In this document: one piece after another, positions 1 to 14,925 of the stretch | How positions within the stretch are numbered: position 1 is the stretch's first letter | Layout of the letters: each line of letters starts with the position of its first letter | Assembly: GCF_009914755.1 (NCBI RefSeq) | Contig: NC_060946.1 | Origin: the human T2T-CHM13v2.0 reference genome, Homo sapiens | DNA length: 64,000 nt | Reading direction: 5' to 3' (one strand) | The notes under the pieces: generated by a model | Database searches by the model: none | What the model saw: the letters and a program-made list of their open reading frames with translations, nothing else | What the model was told of the DNA's origin: nothing | Position numbers and translations under genes: made by a program

Positions 1-122
1 TAGAAGCCTTCTGCCCAAGAACTCAGAATGTAGAGCCTAAGGGGACTGGGACTTAGCTCCTCCTCCCGCCTGTTTTACAGATAAGAAAACCAAGGCACCA
101 AGAGGGAAAGTGATTAGTCTAA

Positions 123-536
<414 letters not shown>

Positions 537-649
537 TATTTCAGAGACTTTTTAGAGCTGGAAGCATGTTTCGGGCGTATCTGGCCTGCTATATCATTCT
601 TTGTATGGAGGGGAAAACTGAAGCTGGTGGGGGGCGGGGCAGGGATTTG

Positions 650-790
650 CCTGGGTCTGTGTCCTTCACTGTCTCTGAGCTTCTATTTGCTCATCTGTAA
701 GATGGGAATGCGTTCAGCCTCTATCATAGGACTGAAGACTGAATAAGCTAATATGTATCTAGTAAGTGTCTAATAAGTGTTAGTTATTAT
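650..790. mobile_element. MIR fragment
   Basis: ctctgagcttc...ctcatctgtaagatggg core and ttattat tail. Confidence 0.6.
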
Positions 791-808
791 CAGCAGCAGC
801 AGCAGCAG
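791..808. repeat. (CAG)6
   Basis: Read directly from the sequence. Confidence 0.9.
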
Positions 809-953
809 TGAAGGTCTTGCAGCAAGTCTCTCGGCTATCTAGCCGGTCAGCAGGACAAGCCTTGAGGACTGGCCTTCACCCCTCTCACTCTGGGCTCCGA
901 GGCAGAAATGGTCCAGGACAGTGACTAGCACAGGCACCGCCCTCACCTGGCTA

Positions 954-1257
<304 letters not shown>

Positions 1258-1721
1258 TCACCTGTCTTTTCCATGCTCCCAAAGGTGGGTGACGTCTGAC
1301 CCCTCCAGATGGGTCTAGAGTTGATGATGAAGAACGAGGGCTCTACAGCCAGACAGTGGGCTCCACTGCTGCCTTGGGGCCAGTTCCTTAACCTCTCTGA
1401 ACCTTGGTTTCTTTGTACCTCCCTCACAGAGATTTTACAAGGATTAAATAAGATAATGCACTGTGCCTGCCGCATAGTAAGTGCTCAGTAAGTGTTCGCT
1501 ATAATGGTTATTTGGCTCCCACTCCAGGATGGGAGGAGGCAATCAGCTTGCTGGGCTGGGTTAAGGATGTGGTTTATGCCAAAGAAATGCTGTTGAAATT
1601 AATCTTGAAGTTCCGTTGTATACATACATTAAATTAGCACAAAAATGGAACAGGGGAACACACATGCATGGCCTGTAGCCGCATCATTGGGCCAACTCTT
1701 GGAAAGTGGCTCCTGGCCTCA

Positions 1722-2268
<547 letters not shown>

Positions 2269-4039
2269 TCATTAAAATGGTAATTACACAGCAGCTCTCA
2301 AACAATGGCTGCATATGGATAAGGACTGAAAGAGGGTTGCAAAAAGGGAGAAAATGACGCAATTGAATGCAGCATTTTCCCCAAAACCTTTTGATTTATT
2401 TCAATGAACAACAATAACAACACAAATAAAAATGGAAAAGAAGACACTTTCCCCTAAGCCCTTAAATGTGGCTCCCACTTGAGGCTTTGGGGAGAGGACA
2501 GGCCAATCAGACCTTCCCTTCCCTTTTGTAGGAGGGGTGGTGATGCAGGGATGTGCCTGGTGGGGACCAGCAGGGAAGTGTGATGATTATGGAAGCCCAG
2601 GTGGGGATAGGAAGGGGACAGAGTGTGAACAGGGATGGCTCCTGAGAGGAAGTGTACTTGGAGCAGACTCTAAGATGTGGAGCAGGAATGTGCTGGGGGT
2701 GATCCAGGCAGAGGCAGGAATGAACTGAGAGAGGGGTCAGGAGCGGGGGCCAGATCCAAAGTGGTAGCCTAGGAGCAGGCCGAGGAGTTAGGAGAGCCCC
2801 ATGGTGGGCTTAAGGAAGACCCTTGGGGCTGCCTGGAGGAGGATGGAGGGAAGGGTGTGCCTGGAGTCATGAGACCAGAGAGGAGGCTGCTGCAAGCGTG
2901 TACAGAGATGAGGCCAATCAGAACTGGGGGGAGAGGGAGGGGCCAAGGATGGTTTCTCAGGGCACATGGAGGTACCTGGTTCAAGCTGAAACACAGTGTG
3001 GTTAGGGGGCTGATAGGACAACCAGAGAGAGATGCTCAGGAGGCCGATGTGTTGATGGGTCTGGAGCTTGGGAAGGAAACCTGGGCTGGACACTGAGTTT
3101 GGTTTGGGGCCCCTCCGTGGAATGGGTGTGGGAAGCCTCAGGGCATGGCTGAGTGTACCCAGGGAAAGTGAGGGCCAAGACGGGCACATGCCTTAAAGGA
3201 GGAGGACCCTGCAAGGAGACAGAGGCAGCAGACAGAGGGAGGAGGAGGGCTGCTGTGAGAGGCGGCTGGAAGCCCAGGGCATGGAGACCTGCAAGAGGGG
3301 ATGATCAGCAGGGTCAGGTGTCAGAGAGGGTTCCCCCAAGATAAGGACTGAGAAGTCCTCATTTATCATCTTGGGGACATTAGCAAGAGCACCTTCAGTG
3401 TATCCTGGGAGGGAAAGGAGACCCTGAAAATCTGGGCACTTTGAGGATACTGAATGAGAAGAGAGGGGAGAGATTGGACAGTGGCTAACGGGTGCATGGG
3501 ACTCCGCTGAGCCAAGTGGTCTCACCCTGTGTCTGCTGTGCTCCAGCTCCAGCCCCAGCCCCTCCCAGAGGCCCCCAAAAGACTAGCTGTGGCTGTTGCC
3601 ACGCTCAGAAAGCAGACCTGGTGGCCAAGCAGGGCCCCGCCCTTCTCTGTCTGTGGCTGCTGCACTCAGAAAAGAGGAAAAGGTATACATGGGGAAGCCA
3701 GGGCTCCCCCAGCCTGGAAGGCTGACCTGTTGCCAAATTCCAGCTGCCAGGATCCCCCCAACCTCAGCGGGCTAACCGGAAGGGAGGCCACCCTGCCAAA
3801 TGCTGCAGGTGCTGGGGGCACAGGTCCAAGGCAGGTCCAAGCCTGCCAGCCCCAGACGTGGGAGGAGCCACCTGTGCCATCTGGGCGTGGGGGCAGGGGC
3901 TATGGCAGGCACGAGGAAGTTTATTCAATGAAAGTCAAAAATTGTTTTTTACATGACTAAAACCTGTTGCCTAAAACCTGTTTGTTCCTATTTTGAGTTT
4001 TGGCTGTATTTTAAAAATGAGTAATATTATAGCTTAATG

Positions 4040-4190
4040 ATAAAAATAGCCATCACTCAAATTGACTGAACATACCTGTGTGCCAGGCACTATTCTTGGC
4101 CTTTCATATAAAGTACTTAATCCTCCTAATATCCCAGTGAGGTAGGTGCTATTACTATCCCCATTTTACAGGCGAGAAAACTAAGACTTC
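4040..4190. mobile_element. MIR
   Basis: tgtgccaggcact...ccccattttacag...aaactaag core. Confidence 0.65.
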
Positions 4191-5612
4191 CCTTCATTGC
4201 ATACTTTCAGCTTTTTCCTGATTATTTTCCTGCTCTTGGTTCTCTCATCCTAGAAATCCCCCAGAGCTGGAGTCGGGGAAGAGGTGGGTATGGGCCCGGC
4301 TTTTCTCCTGCCTCTGCCACCTCTCTTAGGACGTTTCTGAGCTGAGTTTTCTCATCCGTAAGGTGAGGGGTTGGCTGCAATGGCTGACTGGCTGCACTCT
4401 GACACCCTGTGGGGAGGGTGCTGACACCAGTACAGACGTCCTGGAGGGCTGTCAGACCACGACATCCTCAGCCTTGTGAGTGGGCATCACCAGTGCTGCT
4501 TGCCCAGGATTTAACTTAAAAAGCCCCGGGAGTAAGGGGTCCCTGCATTTACTCCCCGCCTCTCTCCTCCCTCCAACTTGCCTGCTGCACTCCACCTGGG
4601 TGGAGGTAGCAGAGGGGGCAGCGCGGGCTTTGGCCTCTTTCTCTCTCTTCCTTCCACAGATCTGATTTTGTTGCTTAACCCCCTTCCTTGTGGTCTGGAA
4701 GTCAGGCCATGGCTGGGGTAGTGAATGTGTCCCGGATGTTTGTCCTGCCCAGTCTGTGTGCCTTGCACTTCTGGGAGCCCCAAATTCATTCTTACAGGGA
4801 GGAAGGTGGCCATGGGACTCCAGGGGGGAAATGACTGGCCCAGGGTCACATGAGAGCCAAGAGTGGGTTCCCCCATGCTGGACCCCTTGTGTCTGACCCC
4901 AAGCCTGAGTCAGGAAAGCCTGGAAAAGTGAGTGGAGGAGGAGGAGCTCGGGGGGCCCTGTTCTCCATTCAGCCCCCACCCAAGAGCTGTGGGCTTCCAG
5001 GTGTGTGAGGCTGGGCGCCTGGCACCTGAGCTCCTGCGGTTTGGGTCATAGTCTGAGCCAGAGTGGGAGATTCAGGGTAGGGAGGTGGTGAGGGGCACCC
5101 AGGTTTGTCTTATAGGGCACTCTGTTCCCGGCTCTGTGTAATGAGGGGAGGACCCCAAGTCCTTTGGACAGCGCATCCATCTCCTGGCCATAAAGTGTGA
5201 GCGTGGAGCTGGGCTGATTTGGGGGTGTCCGGAAGAAGGAAATGAAAGGGACATTTAATGAGGTCCTAGTACGTGCCAAGCATTTTCACACACCTACATT
5301 TGATTCAATTTCCACTACAAGTGGACACTGTTATACCTATTTTACAGACACAGAAACTGAGGCTCAGAGAGGTGCCTGGAGACGGAAAAGGGTGGGGAGC
5401 GAATCTTTCTGGCGCGCCCTCTGTGCCTCAGTCACCGTGCCAGACGCCTGCCCGCGTTCCCTATCGAAATCCCCCCGCCTCGCCAGCGAGGAAGGCGCGA
5501 TCGTCCCCGGAACACAGACGGGAGACCGGAGGCTCGGGGACCGCGGGACGACCGCGGCCGGGCGGCCCCTCACACCACCCGGGCGGCTCCCCCGACGGCG
5601 CGCGGCGCTCAC

Positions 5613-6236
5613 CTCCAGGCGGTCGATGCGGTCCCGCAGGGCGCGCACGGCGTCCTCCAGCTCCAGAATGAGCGCAGGCGAGTCCCAGGGCCCGTCGGCC
5701 ATGGTGTCGCGGCGGGGCCCGGCGCCCTGGAGGCCGCGCGGCAGGCCGCTCTCGCAGCGGCCCAGCTTGCCGGTGAGCTCACGGATGGTGTCCTGGTCGG
5801 CGCGGATGCGCGCCTCCTGCTGCAGCGCCGTCTGGCGCAGCTGCTCGGCCGTGCTCTGCAGCAGCAGCAGCTCTTCGCGCTCGCCCGGCGCAGCGCCCGC
5901 CGCGTCCCCCTGCTGGGCCCCCGACGGGCAGGCAGCAGCCAGCGGCGTGCACAGGAAGCGGCTGAACAGGGGCCCGGGCGGCAGCGGGTGCGCGCTGGCC
6001 GCGGGTGCCCCGGGCAGCGCGGGGGGCCCGGCTGAACCGCCCGCGCCGTGCAGCGCGCTCAGGCTCCGCTGCGGGCCCGGGGACGCGGCGGCGCCCGAGG
6101 CGACCGAAGCATTGTCGGCGCCGCCGGGCAGCGCCCGCGCCGGGCTGGCCGCCAGGGGCACGCTGGCGATGATGCAGATGACGGCACCGAGGAACGCCAG
6201 CATGCCCGCGGCCAGCAGCACGGCCAGGAACTTCAG
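5613..6236 (-). CDS. NPTXR: Neuronal pentraxin receptor, coding part of exon 1 (208 codons, CUG start). Remaining exons lie left of the window.
   Basis: Minus strand reads CTG AAG TTC CTG GCC GTG CTG... = (M)KFLAVLLAAGMLAFLGAVICIIASVPL...RDRIDRLE, the NPTXR N-terminus with signal anchor and coiled coil. It ends at the GAG|GTGAGC donor (GT at 5612-5611), 624 nt, phase 0. ORF 5364..6221 is the same frame running into the intron. Confidence 0.97.
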
Positions 6237-6335
6237 CGTGAGGCGGGCGGCGGGGGCGCCCGAGGCCCCCGGCAGGCGCGGCGGCGGGGTCGGGGCGCGG
6301 AGCCCGGGCGCGCTGGGCCGAGCGGGGCAGGCGCG

Positions 6336-6370
<35 letters not shown>

Positions 6371-6377
6371 TGGAGCT
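6336..6377. repeat. (GGAGCC)5(GGAGCT)2 hexamer repeat in NPTXR 5' leader
   Basis: Read directly from the sequence. Confidence 0.95.
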
Positions 6378-8277
6378 GTCGCCGCGGCCGCTGCTGCCGC
6401 CGCTCTGAGCCCGGGCGGCGGGAGGAGGAGAAGACGGCAGGCGGCGGGGAGGGGGAGCGGGCGCGGCGGCCCCGCCCCACTCGCTTCCCCGGGCCGGCCC
6501 TGGCCCCGGCCCAGCCCCGCACCCGTTCAGTGCCGGGCGCCCGGCTGGGGGCGCCGCCGGGGATGCGGCGAGGAGCGAGGGCAGCGCCTGGGACCTTATC
6601 TCGCCGCGGTCACAGCGCAGGGGCCGGCGACCCGAGGGCCGCGCGGCGGGGCTCCTGGGTGACCCCCATCCCAGCCCTCCCGTGCTCGGGCCCCCTCCCC
6701 AAGCCGGTTATGTTCACATCCACCCGGGAGGGAGCTTTCTTCCGGGTGGGGCTGTGCACTGGGCGCGCCACAAGCTCGGTCGCAATTGAGCCTTGCCGTG
6801 GACAGGCTCACAATAGAAATGAGGAAACTGAGACACCTGAGGTCAGGCCTCTGTCCAAGGTCACCGGGTGGCTGCGTTGGAGCCGCCTGCGAGCTTAGGC
6901 ACGTTTCACCGGACCAGACTGTGGATGGGGCTGGAGTGGGAGCGGTTAGAGGTGGAGAAGAGGCCAGTGTTGGGGGTTGGGGGGAGGCTCGGATTTTGAC
7001 CTAACTTCTGTTTATACTGTGGCCACCTGCCCGTCACCCCCACCTCCAACCTTCTGAAGGAGCAGAGTTCACTCCCCGCCACCCTCATTACAGAATCTTC
7101 CTGTGATCTCAGAGGATGATGGAAATTCTCTCCTCTGAATCCTTGGGGGCTTAGAGCCTCACAGGTCCAGAGAAACCCCCCACCCCCACTGCAGTCTGCC
7201 TTCGTTGGCAAGCGGTGCCACGTGCCTGGTGGGCATGTGGACCAGGCCCAGAAGGAACAGCAGGAATGGGAGTGGGCTGTGCTGTGGGGGTGGCAGAGGA
7301 GCGTTTTACTTTCTTCTGTCAAAAATGTCTATATATATTTTGTTGAAAATTAACTTTGCAATTAAAAACTTAAAAACAATCCTACTATCCTCCACACTTT
7401 ATCCCCAGCTCCAATTTTCCATGAGGTCTTTCCTGACCAATACGGATTCCCAGGGCTGGAAGGGCCTTGGGAGGGCTGTGGTTATTCCCAGCTCTGTCTC
7501 CCTTCCAAGCCTGCATTTTTGACTTGAAGGGAAAGCGCAAACCAGGATCTCTGGACCACCACGGCTACCACTGTGGTTTCGAGTGTACTTCGCATAGCGC
7601 TGGTGGTGGGGAGAGACCGGAATGTTTCCCAGGAAGCCACAACCCTGGGGGACGCTCTCCAGCCACGGGGATTTTGTCCAGTGTTCCCAGGCACACGTGC
7701 TCCACCTCCCTCTCTCCACACATGTTAGGATGATGTCCACCCTGTTCACCCATCTCTAGGAGCCAGGGATTTTCATCCATACCTGAGTTGTGAAAGAGGA
7801 GAGAAGCAAACACAAGCGCTGTATGCCAGGAACCTGAGTGCTGTGTGTGCGTGGATGTGTGCTGGTGCTCACTGAAGTCGTAACCTCAAAACCCAGGGCA
7901 GGCAGCTGGGCTTGGAGGAAGCATCTCATGGACAGAGAGATGGGCTGGGCTCTTGGAAGGCAAAGGCCAGCGGTAGGCCCTGCTAAAGTCCTGGGGATGC
8001 ATGAGACATCGGGACTCCTGGTACATCTACACGTGTGCCGTGAAGACAGAAACACGGAGATAGCATCCCCAGGAGAAACTGTCATAGGAAGTCCAGGGAA
8101 GGACAGGAGATGCCAAGAGAGAGGGCTGCTGCCAAGAGCAGCAGAGCCACTGTGACTTGGGCACCAAATGGTGCCACCTTTACCTGAGCTGCCCCCTGAG
8201 ACTTTGGGGACAGTTTGGATAAATGGGTCCAGAGGCTGGAGTCAAATTGTGTTTAAACTGGTCTGTTGATCTCCTAG

Positions 8278-8634
<357 letters not shown>

Positions 8635-8959
8635 TGAAGCCTGCCCAGGGAAGCTTCTCGGTGAATGTTTGCTGAACTAGTTCCTAATGCCACTGCTGGA
8701 GGCAGAGGAAGGAGGAGAGGACAGAGAAGTCCCAAAACTCGTCTCTCCTGGGTCCTGGGAGAGACCCCCCTTAATCCTAACACAGGATTCCTCAAGGGAT
8801 GGGCAGAGAAGTATTCTCAGGGGAACTTCCCTAAAACTGGAATAGTTCCTATATTTTCCCTCTGAATTGTCATGACTCCTAGTTTTTTTTTTTTTAAATT
8901 TCTTCACTTTCATTCCATTCTTAGGCCAAGGGAATTCTGCCATATATAACAAATATAGG

Positions 8960-10000
8960 AATTCATTTTAGAAAATATGTTTTGAGACCTACATTGTGCC
9001 AGGCATAGTGCCAAGCATTGGAGAGAGCTGGGAACAAGACAAGCTCACGCAGTTTATATTCCAGTGGGGAGGCAGGCAGTAAACAAATGAATAACTAAGT
9101 AAACAAGTTAATTTCCAATAATGATGAGAATGACAAAGAAAAATCTTCAAGTGATGTTATAGAAAGTTACAGGAAGTAGGAAGGGGGAATTGGGAGGTGG
9201 GCAGTATTTATAAGGTGGTCAGAAAAGGCCTGCATTGGAGCTCAGACCTAAATGACCTGGGAAACCAGCCATGCAGAAGTCTGGGGAAAGATGGTGTGTT
9301 CTAGGCAGAGGGAACCGCTAGTGCAAAGGCCCTGGGGCAGAAAGGAGCGTAATATATTTCAGGAACAGAAGGAACAGAGTGGGGCTAGAGGCAGAGTGAG
9401 ATGTAGGGGAGGGAGGAAGCTGGACAGGAAGGTGGGGGCCGTGTAGAGATTTACAGGCTCCGGGAAGGGAGTGGGTCTGACTCGAAGCCCAACTGGAGGG
9501 CTGAAGCACGGAAGTGATATCACCTGGACTGTGTTTTTAAAAGACCACTCTGGCAGTTGTCTGGAGACTGGGTTACAAAGAGATAACAGAGGGCCGGGAG
9601 CGGTGACTCATGCCTGTAATCCCAGCACTTTGGGAGGCCAAGGCGGGTGGATCGTTTGAGGTCAGGAGTTCTAGGCCAGCCTGGCCAACATGGTGAAACC
9701 CCGTCTCTACTAAAAATACAAAAATTAGCCAGGTGGTAGTGGTGCGCGCCTGTAATCCCAGCTATTCGGGAGGCTGGGCAAGAGAATCACTTGAGCCTGG
9801 GAGGCGGAGGTTGCGGTGAGCCGAGATCACGCCACTGCACTGCAGTCTGGGCGACAGAGACCCTGTCTCAAAAACAAAAACAAACAAACAAAACAAGAGG
9901 AAGTAGGGGGGTTACAATTGGAGGGCTATGCCTCCCTCCAGGTGCTTCTCCAAGTAATGGTGACTTGGAATTGGTGGTGGTGGAGAGACGTGGATGAATC
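8960..10000 (-). mobile_element. L2 relic interrupted by an Alu
   Basis: cctacattgtgccaggcat, ttctaggcagagggaac, ttttaaaagaccactctggc motifs. Confidence 0.6.
9592..9893 (+). mobile_element. AluS with (CAAA)n tail
   Basis: Full Alu consensus. Confidence 0.95.
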
Positions 10001-10011
10001 TGTTTTACAGG

Positions 10012-10430
10012 TAGTGTTTGTCAGTTGGGTCCTCCAGGAAGCGGACACTGAGATGGGGTTGGAAGTGCAAGTGCTTTATTGGGGGTGATGTCCTGTGAAA
10101 GATAAGAGGGCCAGAAACAGAATCGGGCAGGGAGAACCTCTGACTTCGGTGCTGATCTAACAAAGTGTTGGCCACCCCGACAGGGAGCTCTGGGGCCGAG
10201 ACTGCCCACGAGGGAGTTTTTGCATCAGGCACAAATGGCCTGTCTCTATGGTGCCCTTTTCACCCTGAGTCATTGGCTGGAAGTTGCCCCAGAAGAGCAA
10301 GGCTTCAGCTCAGAAGCTGAGGTGGATCATGAAGTTGGAGAGCGTCTGCTAACTGCCTCACCTGCTGCTGAGTGGCAAAGTTGTTGTTGAATGGAGAGCT
10401 AAGGGGGCCCCTCCCTGGCTGCCATGGTCC
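10012..10430 (-). mobile_element. Old ERVL LTR (LTR16-like)
   Basis: ccaggaagcggacactgagatgg...gtgcaagtgctttattggggg resembles the reverse-complemented LTR16 end. Confidence 0.5.
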
Positions 10431-10717
10431 ATTCCTTACACCAAGGTCCAGTTCTCCATACACGGTCAGGAGTAGTCCCTCCAAGGTGCCCGTGGCCTCT
10501 CTTCCTTAGGGACACCTGGAAGGGGGAGGTTAGTGGGAAGAACACCAGTGTCCGCTACTGCAGTTGGCCTCAGGCTGCAAGAGGCATCATGGATTCTTCC
10601 CCTGTCCATCTAATCATTCTCCCAGTCATTGTCTCTGCTGATAAAAGGGGAAAGAACATTCTTTCATTCCCCGGAGCCTAGGAAAGCCCGTGGTATTTTC
10701 TCAATAATGTTTTTTGA

Positions 10718-11132
<415 letters not shown>

Positions 11133-14100
11133 CTAATTAGGTAACTGGCGGTTTCACCAGGCACATGGCAGAGCCAGGATTTGAACACAGGCTTAGGGTG
11201 ACGAACTCATCCCATCTGGCCTGGAATTTTCCCAGTGTCAGCACTGAAATGCTAGCATCCTGGGAAACCTCTCAGTCCTGGGCAAACACGGACAGTTGGT
11301 CACCCTGGCTATCTTCAAACCCATTCTCCCACCACACTGTCTCAGTGCTGGTATGTATCACATAGCAATGAAACACACACGTCTTTCTCTTCCCTCGACC
11401 TCCATCCTTCCCTCTCCTCTAGCATCTCCCTCTTTCCCTGCTGCCTGCACACTGTGAGCTCCTCGAGGGCAGGGACCAGCTGCAGCACCCTCCTCTCTGT
11501 GACTCCAGGGCTGGCACTCGTGGGTGCTCAAACTCCCAGTGAAGGAGTTTGGGCAGATGGGTGGGATTACAGATGTGAGCCACCGCGCCCGGCCTCAAAA
11601 AACATTTATTGAGAAAACGTGTGGTACCTTTTGGGGTGTGCTTGTGAACAAAGAGTTCTTTTCCCCAGGGGGGTTGGTAAAGAGATTGGGGACAAAGAGA
11701 GTGTCTGTGTCCATCCTGAAGTCTCCATCTAGGTCCGGTCTCAAGACCTGAGCTGCCTCAGTCTCCTCACCTGTAAGGTGGAGCCAGTGGTACCTATGTA
11801 TAGGATTGTAATGGGAAGGAAATGAGGGCAGGTGAGATGTGTGTAAAATCTCTCCCAGGGACTCAAGACAGGGACCATTTCCTACCATGCTACTGTGTGT
11901 TATCAGGGCAAGGCTCGGTACTTGCTATGCCTTCCTTATTTATTCCTAGCATATACTAGGTGCTCAATAAATGTTCCTTCCCTTCTTGACGCCTTTGCCT
12001 TTGATTCCCCGGCTGCCTACAGTGCTTACTCCCTAGTTGCTGTGCTCTTTCTTGATTCCCGTCCCGCCCCCGTTCTGAGCGGAGTTGGGGAATCATTCAG
12101 ATGAAGGATCATACGTGTATTCAATCAACACACGCCAGTCTGAGGGCTTCCAAGTGGGGTGCAGGGCTCAACTGGGGCCCAGAAGTGTTCACACATCAGC
12201 AGTGGATACTGGGATTGGGAGCCCAGACCAGAGAGGAGGGCAGAAGCCAGGGAAAAGAGAGCTTTCCTCTCAGGGGAAGCCCAGAGATTTCCATCCAGAG
12301 TTTCTGCCTCCCTGGAAGCAGCAAAAGGAGCCAACCCAGCTTGCAGATTTGGGCAGGAAGCAAGGACATCTGTTCCCGCACAGGCTCAGGAGGGGCCGAG
12401 AACCAAGGAGGAAACGTGTGTCCACCTTGTGGGGGGCCCTTGGAGTTGGCTGGAAAGTGCGTGCCTGAGTCCAGGCCCAGTAAAGAAAGACCAGAAGGAG
12501 TGGCCGGCCAAGGATGCTGTAGGGGCGGGGTGGGGGTGCCCTCACTGTCTCAAGGGCCTCCTGCAGCCCCTGTTTGCTGGCCTATTCCTCCTGCCACTTC
12601 TTACTGTACTGGGCTCTCACCTTGGCAGCCCTGGAACTCTACAGTATAATCTTTCCATGTCACAGATGAGAAAATCAAAGCTCAGAGACATTCGGTCATT
12701 TGTCCTGAAGCCCCTGGTCTGTGGGGGTACCACTGGCATTTGAACCCGAAGTTGTCAGACTCAGGTTCCCCAGCTCACATTCTGACACTGCCCTTCAAAG
12801 GGTGTGTGGACTGGCCCCTGCTGGGTGAGGAGGCAGCCAAGTCCGTCCTGGGAAGCCCCCTCCTCCCCGTACTCTCCCCCTCCACCTCTGGAGTGTGTCT
12901 CAAAACTGCCACCATGGCCCCCTCCTTGGCTCACCAGTGGTCCCAGCACCAGTTTCTGTTGCACTGTCTGTAACTTGTGTTTCCCCAATGAGGCTGTGGA
13001 CTCCTCAAGGCCTCAAACCTTATGTTCTTCATATGTGGGTCACTGGCACCCAGGGCATGTCCAGGGTACATTTGATTCCTCCTGCCCAATGGACCCTAAG
13101 GAATGGTGGCCACCTCTGCAGCTCCTCTAGGAAAGGCATTTTCAGGTGGCTCCCAGGGTTCTACAGCCACTGCACTTGGAGACAGGGAAGCTGAGTCCTA
13201 GGGCTCGGGGAAACTTCCTTTCCTCATCTGTAAAATGGGTATGCATAAACCTAACCTGCCTATGGTGAGGTAGGGGCACCTGAGATCTCACCTGGGTGGC
13301 CATTCGTGTGTGTCCAGCGAGGAATCAAGGGTGCCTGGTAGCTCCTCCTCAAATACCATCTGTCTCCTGATCTAGCTCAAGTACCCAAGGTGAGCCCTAG
13401 AAGTGGGGGGCAGGTGGAGAGATTCCACAGGTTGGAAGAAGGGACTACACATGAAGCCAGGGTGGGGTGGGCAGCGCTGCCAGCTGGGCCCCTCCCTGCT
13501 CCTGCCCGTCGAGCTTGCCAGCCCGCAGGCCCACCTTGGGCTGGGTCCAGGCTTGGTTCTTTCTCTTCTCTGAGGTTTGCCTGCCACCAGCACTAGCCAC
13601 AGCCACTTAAGAAGACACCTCCCTCTCCAGCCTCCCACCACACACGAGGCTCCCTAGCTACTCAGCCTTGAAGGGGTGAGGGACCAGGAGCATTTTTTTT
13701 TTCTCAGCTCCTTTGCAACACTACACTTTGGCATGGGTACTTGGTCTCCATTGTCCTCAGCTTTGGGGGTCTGGGCTGCAGGGGGGCAGCAGGGCTGGAG
13801 AGGAAGGAACGGATCCGAGTGACATTTCCACTAAGGGGTCAGTTAGTCACAAACGCTGATGGCTGGCTGGAAAGGAATGAGTCAAACACAAGGCCTGGGG
13901 TTCAGGCCCCATCAGGGAAGCAGATGAGTCAGGCAGCCTGTTGGGGGGTGCACTTTGCAGTCGGGAGATTGGTTTTAAACGTGGAGTTTGAGGGCATTGC
14001 ATCAAGGTGGAGTGGAGTAATTGAAATATGGACTTTGAAGTCAAGGAGTTGGATTTTAATCCCAGCTGCACAACTTACTAATAGAGTCACCTGGAGCAAA

Positions 14101-14507
14101 TGACTCAGCCACTCTCTCCGGCTTCCTTGGCTGCACCACGGGAGGATTTATGCAAGAGTGAAATGCGAGTGTGCAGCTCAGAGCCTGGCTCGTGTAGCGC
14201 TCAGCAGAGCTCCCTGCAATTCCAGGAGGAAGGGGGTATTACGATCCTTTCCCATTTCATAGATGGGGAAACTAAGGCACAGAACAGATACGCACATATT
14301 CCCAGGGCCCTGTACAGCCAGGCTGTCCAGCTCCAGTGACTGTGCCCTTAACCACGGTGCCATGCACAGAACGGTGTTGGCGTGGTGGTTAAGGATGATC
14401 GCATGGGGTCAAATCCTGGCTCTACCACTCCAGAATTTCTAAGCAAGTAATCACATTTCTGAACCTCAGTTCCCTTATCTGTATGTTGTGGGTACTGTGC
14501 TCTCTGG

Positions 14508-14925
14508 TGCTACGGTTAGAATATTTGTCCCATCCAACACTCATGTTGAAGTTTAATCCCCAGTGTGGGGGCATTGAGAAACGGGGCTCTTAAGAGATGA
14601 TTGGGTCATGAGGGCTCCGCTTTCATGAATGGGTTAATCCATTCATAGATTAACGGATTAATGGGTTATCATGGGAATGGGGCTGTGGTTTTATAAGAAG
14701 TAGGAGGGAGACATGAGGTAGCACTCTCAGCCCCCTCACCCTGTGATGCCCTGTGCCACCTCGGGACTCTGTAGAGTCCCCACCAGCAAGAAGGCCCTCA
14801 CCAGACACAGCCTCCTTGACCTTGAGCTTCTTAGCCTCCATAACTGTAAGAAATAAGTTCCTTTCCTTTACAAATTACGCAGTATCAGATATTCTGTTAT
14901 AAGCAACAGAAAACAGACAAGGACA
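14508..14925 (+). mobile_element. MST (MSTB-like) MaLR solo LTR inserted into a MIR
   Basis: TG...CA termini; 5-bp TSD tctgg at 14503-14507 and 14926-14930; MST motifs. Confidence 0.9.

Larger units (their letters stand above)
5400..6900. promoter_or_regulatory. NPTXR: CpG island with NPTXR promoter and 5'UTR
   Basis: Very GC- and CpG-rich; GC boxes (ccccgcccc near 6470) and G-runs at 6420-6460 upstream of the CUG. Confidence 0.9.

Noticed and set aside
5242-6408. 388-aa plus-strand ORF, and ORFs 5779..6522 and 6048..6662
   Set aside because: Shadow ORFs of GC-rich NPTXR exon 1; low-complexity Arg/Ala/Gly/Pro with no recognisable domain.
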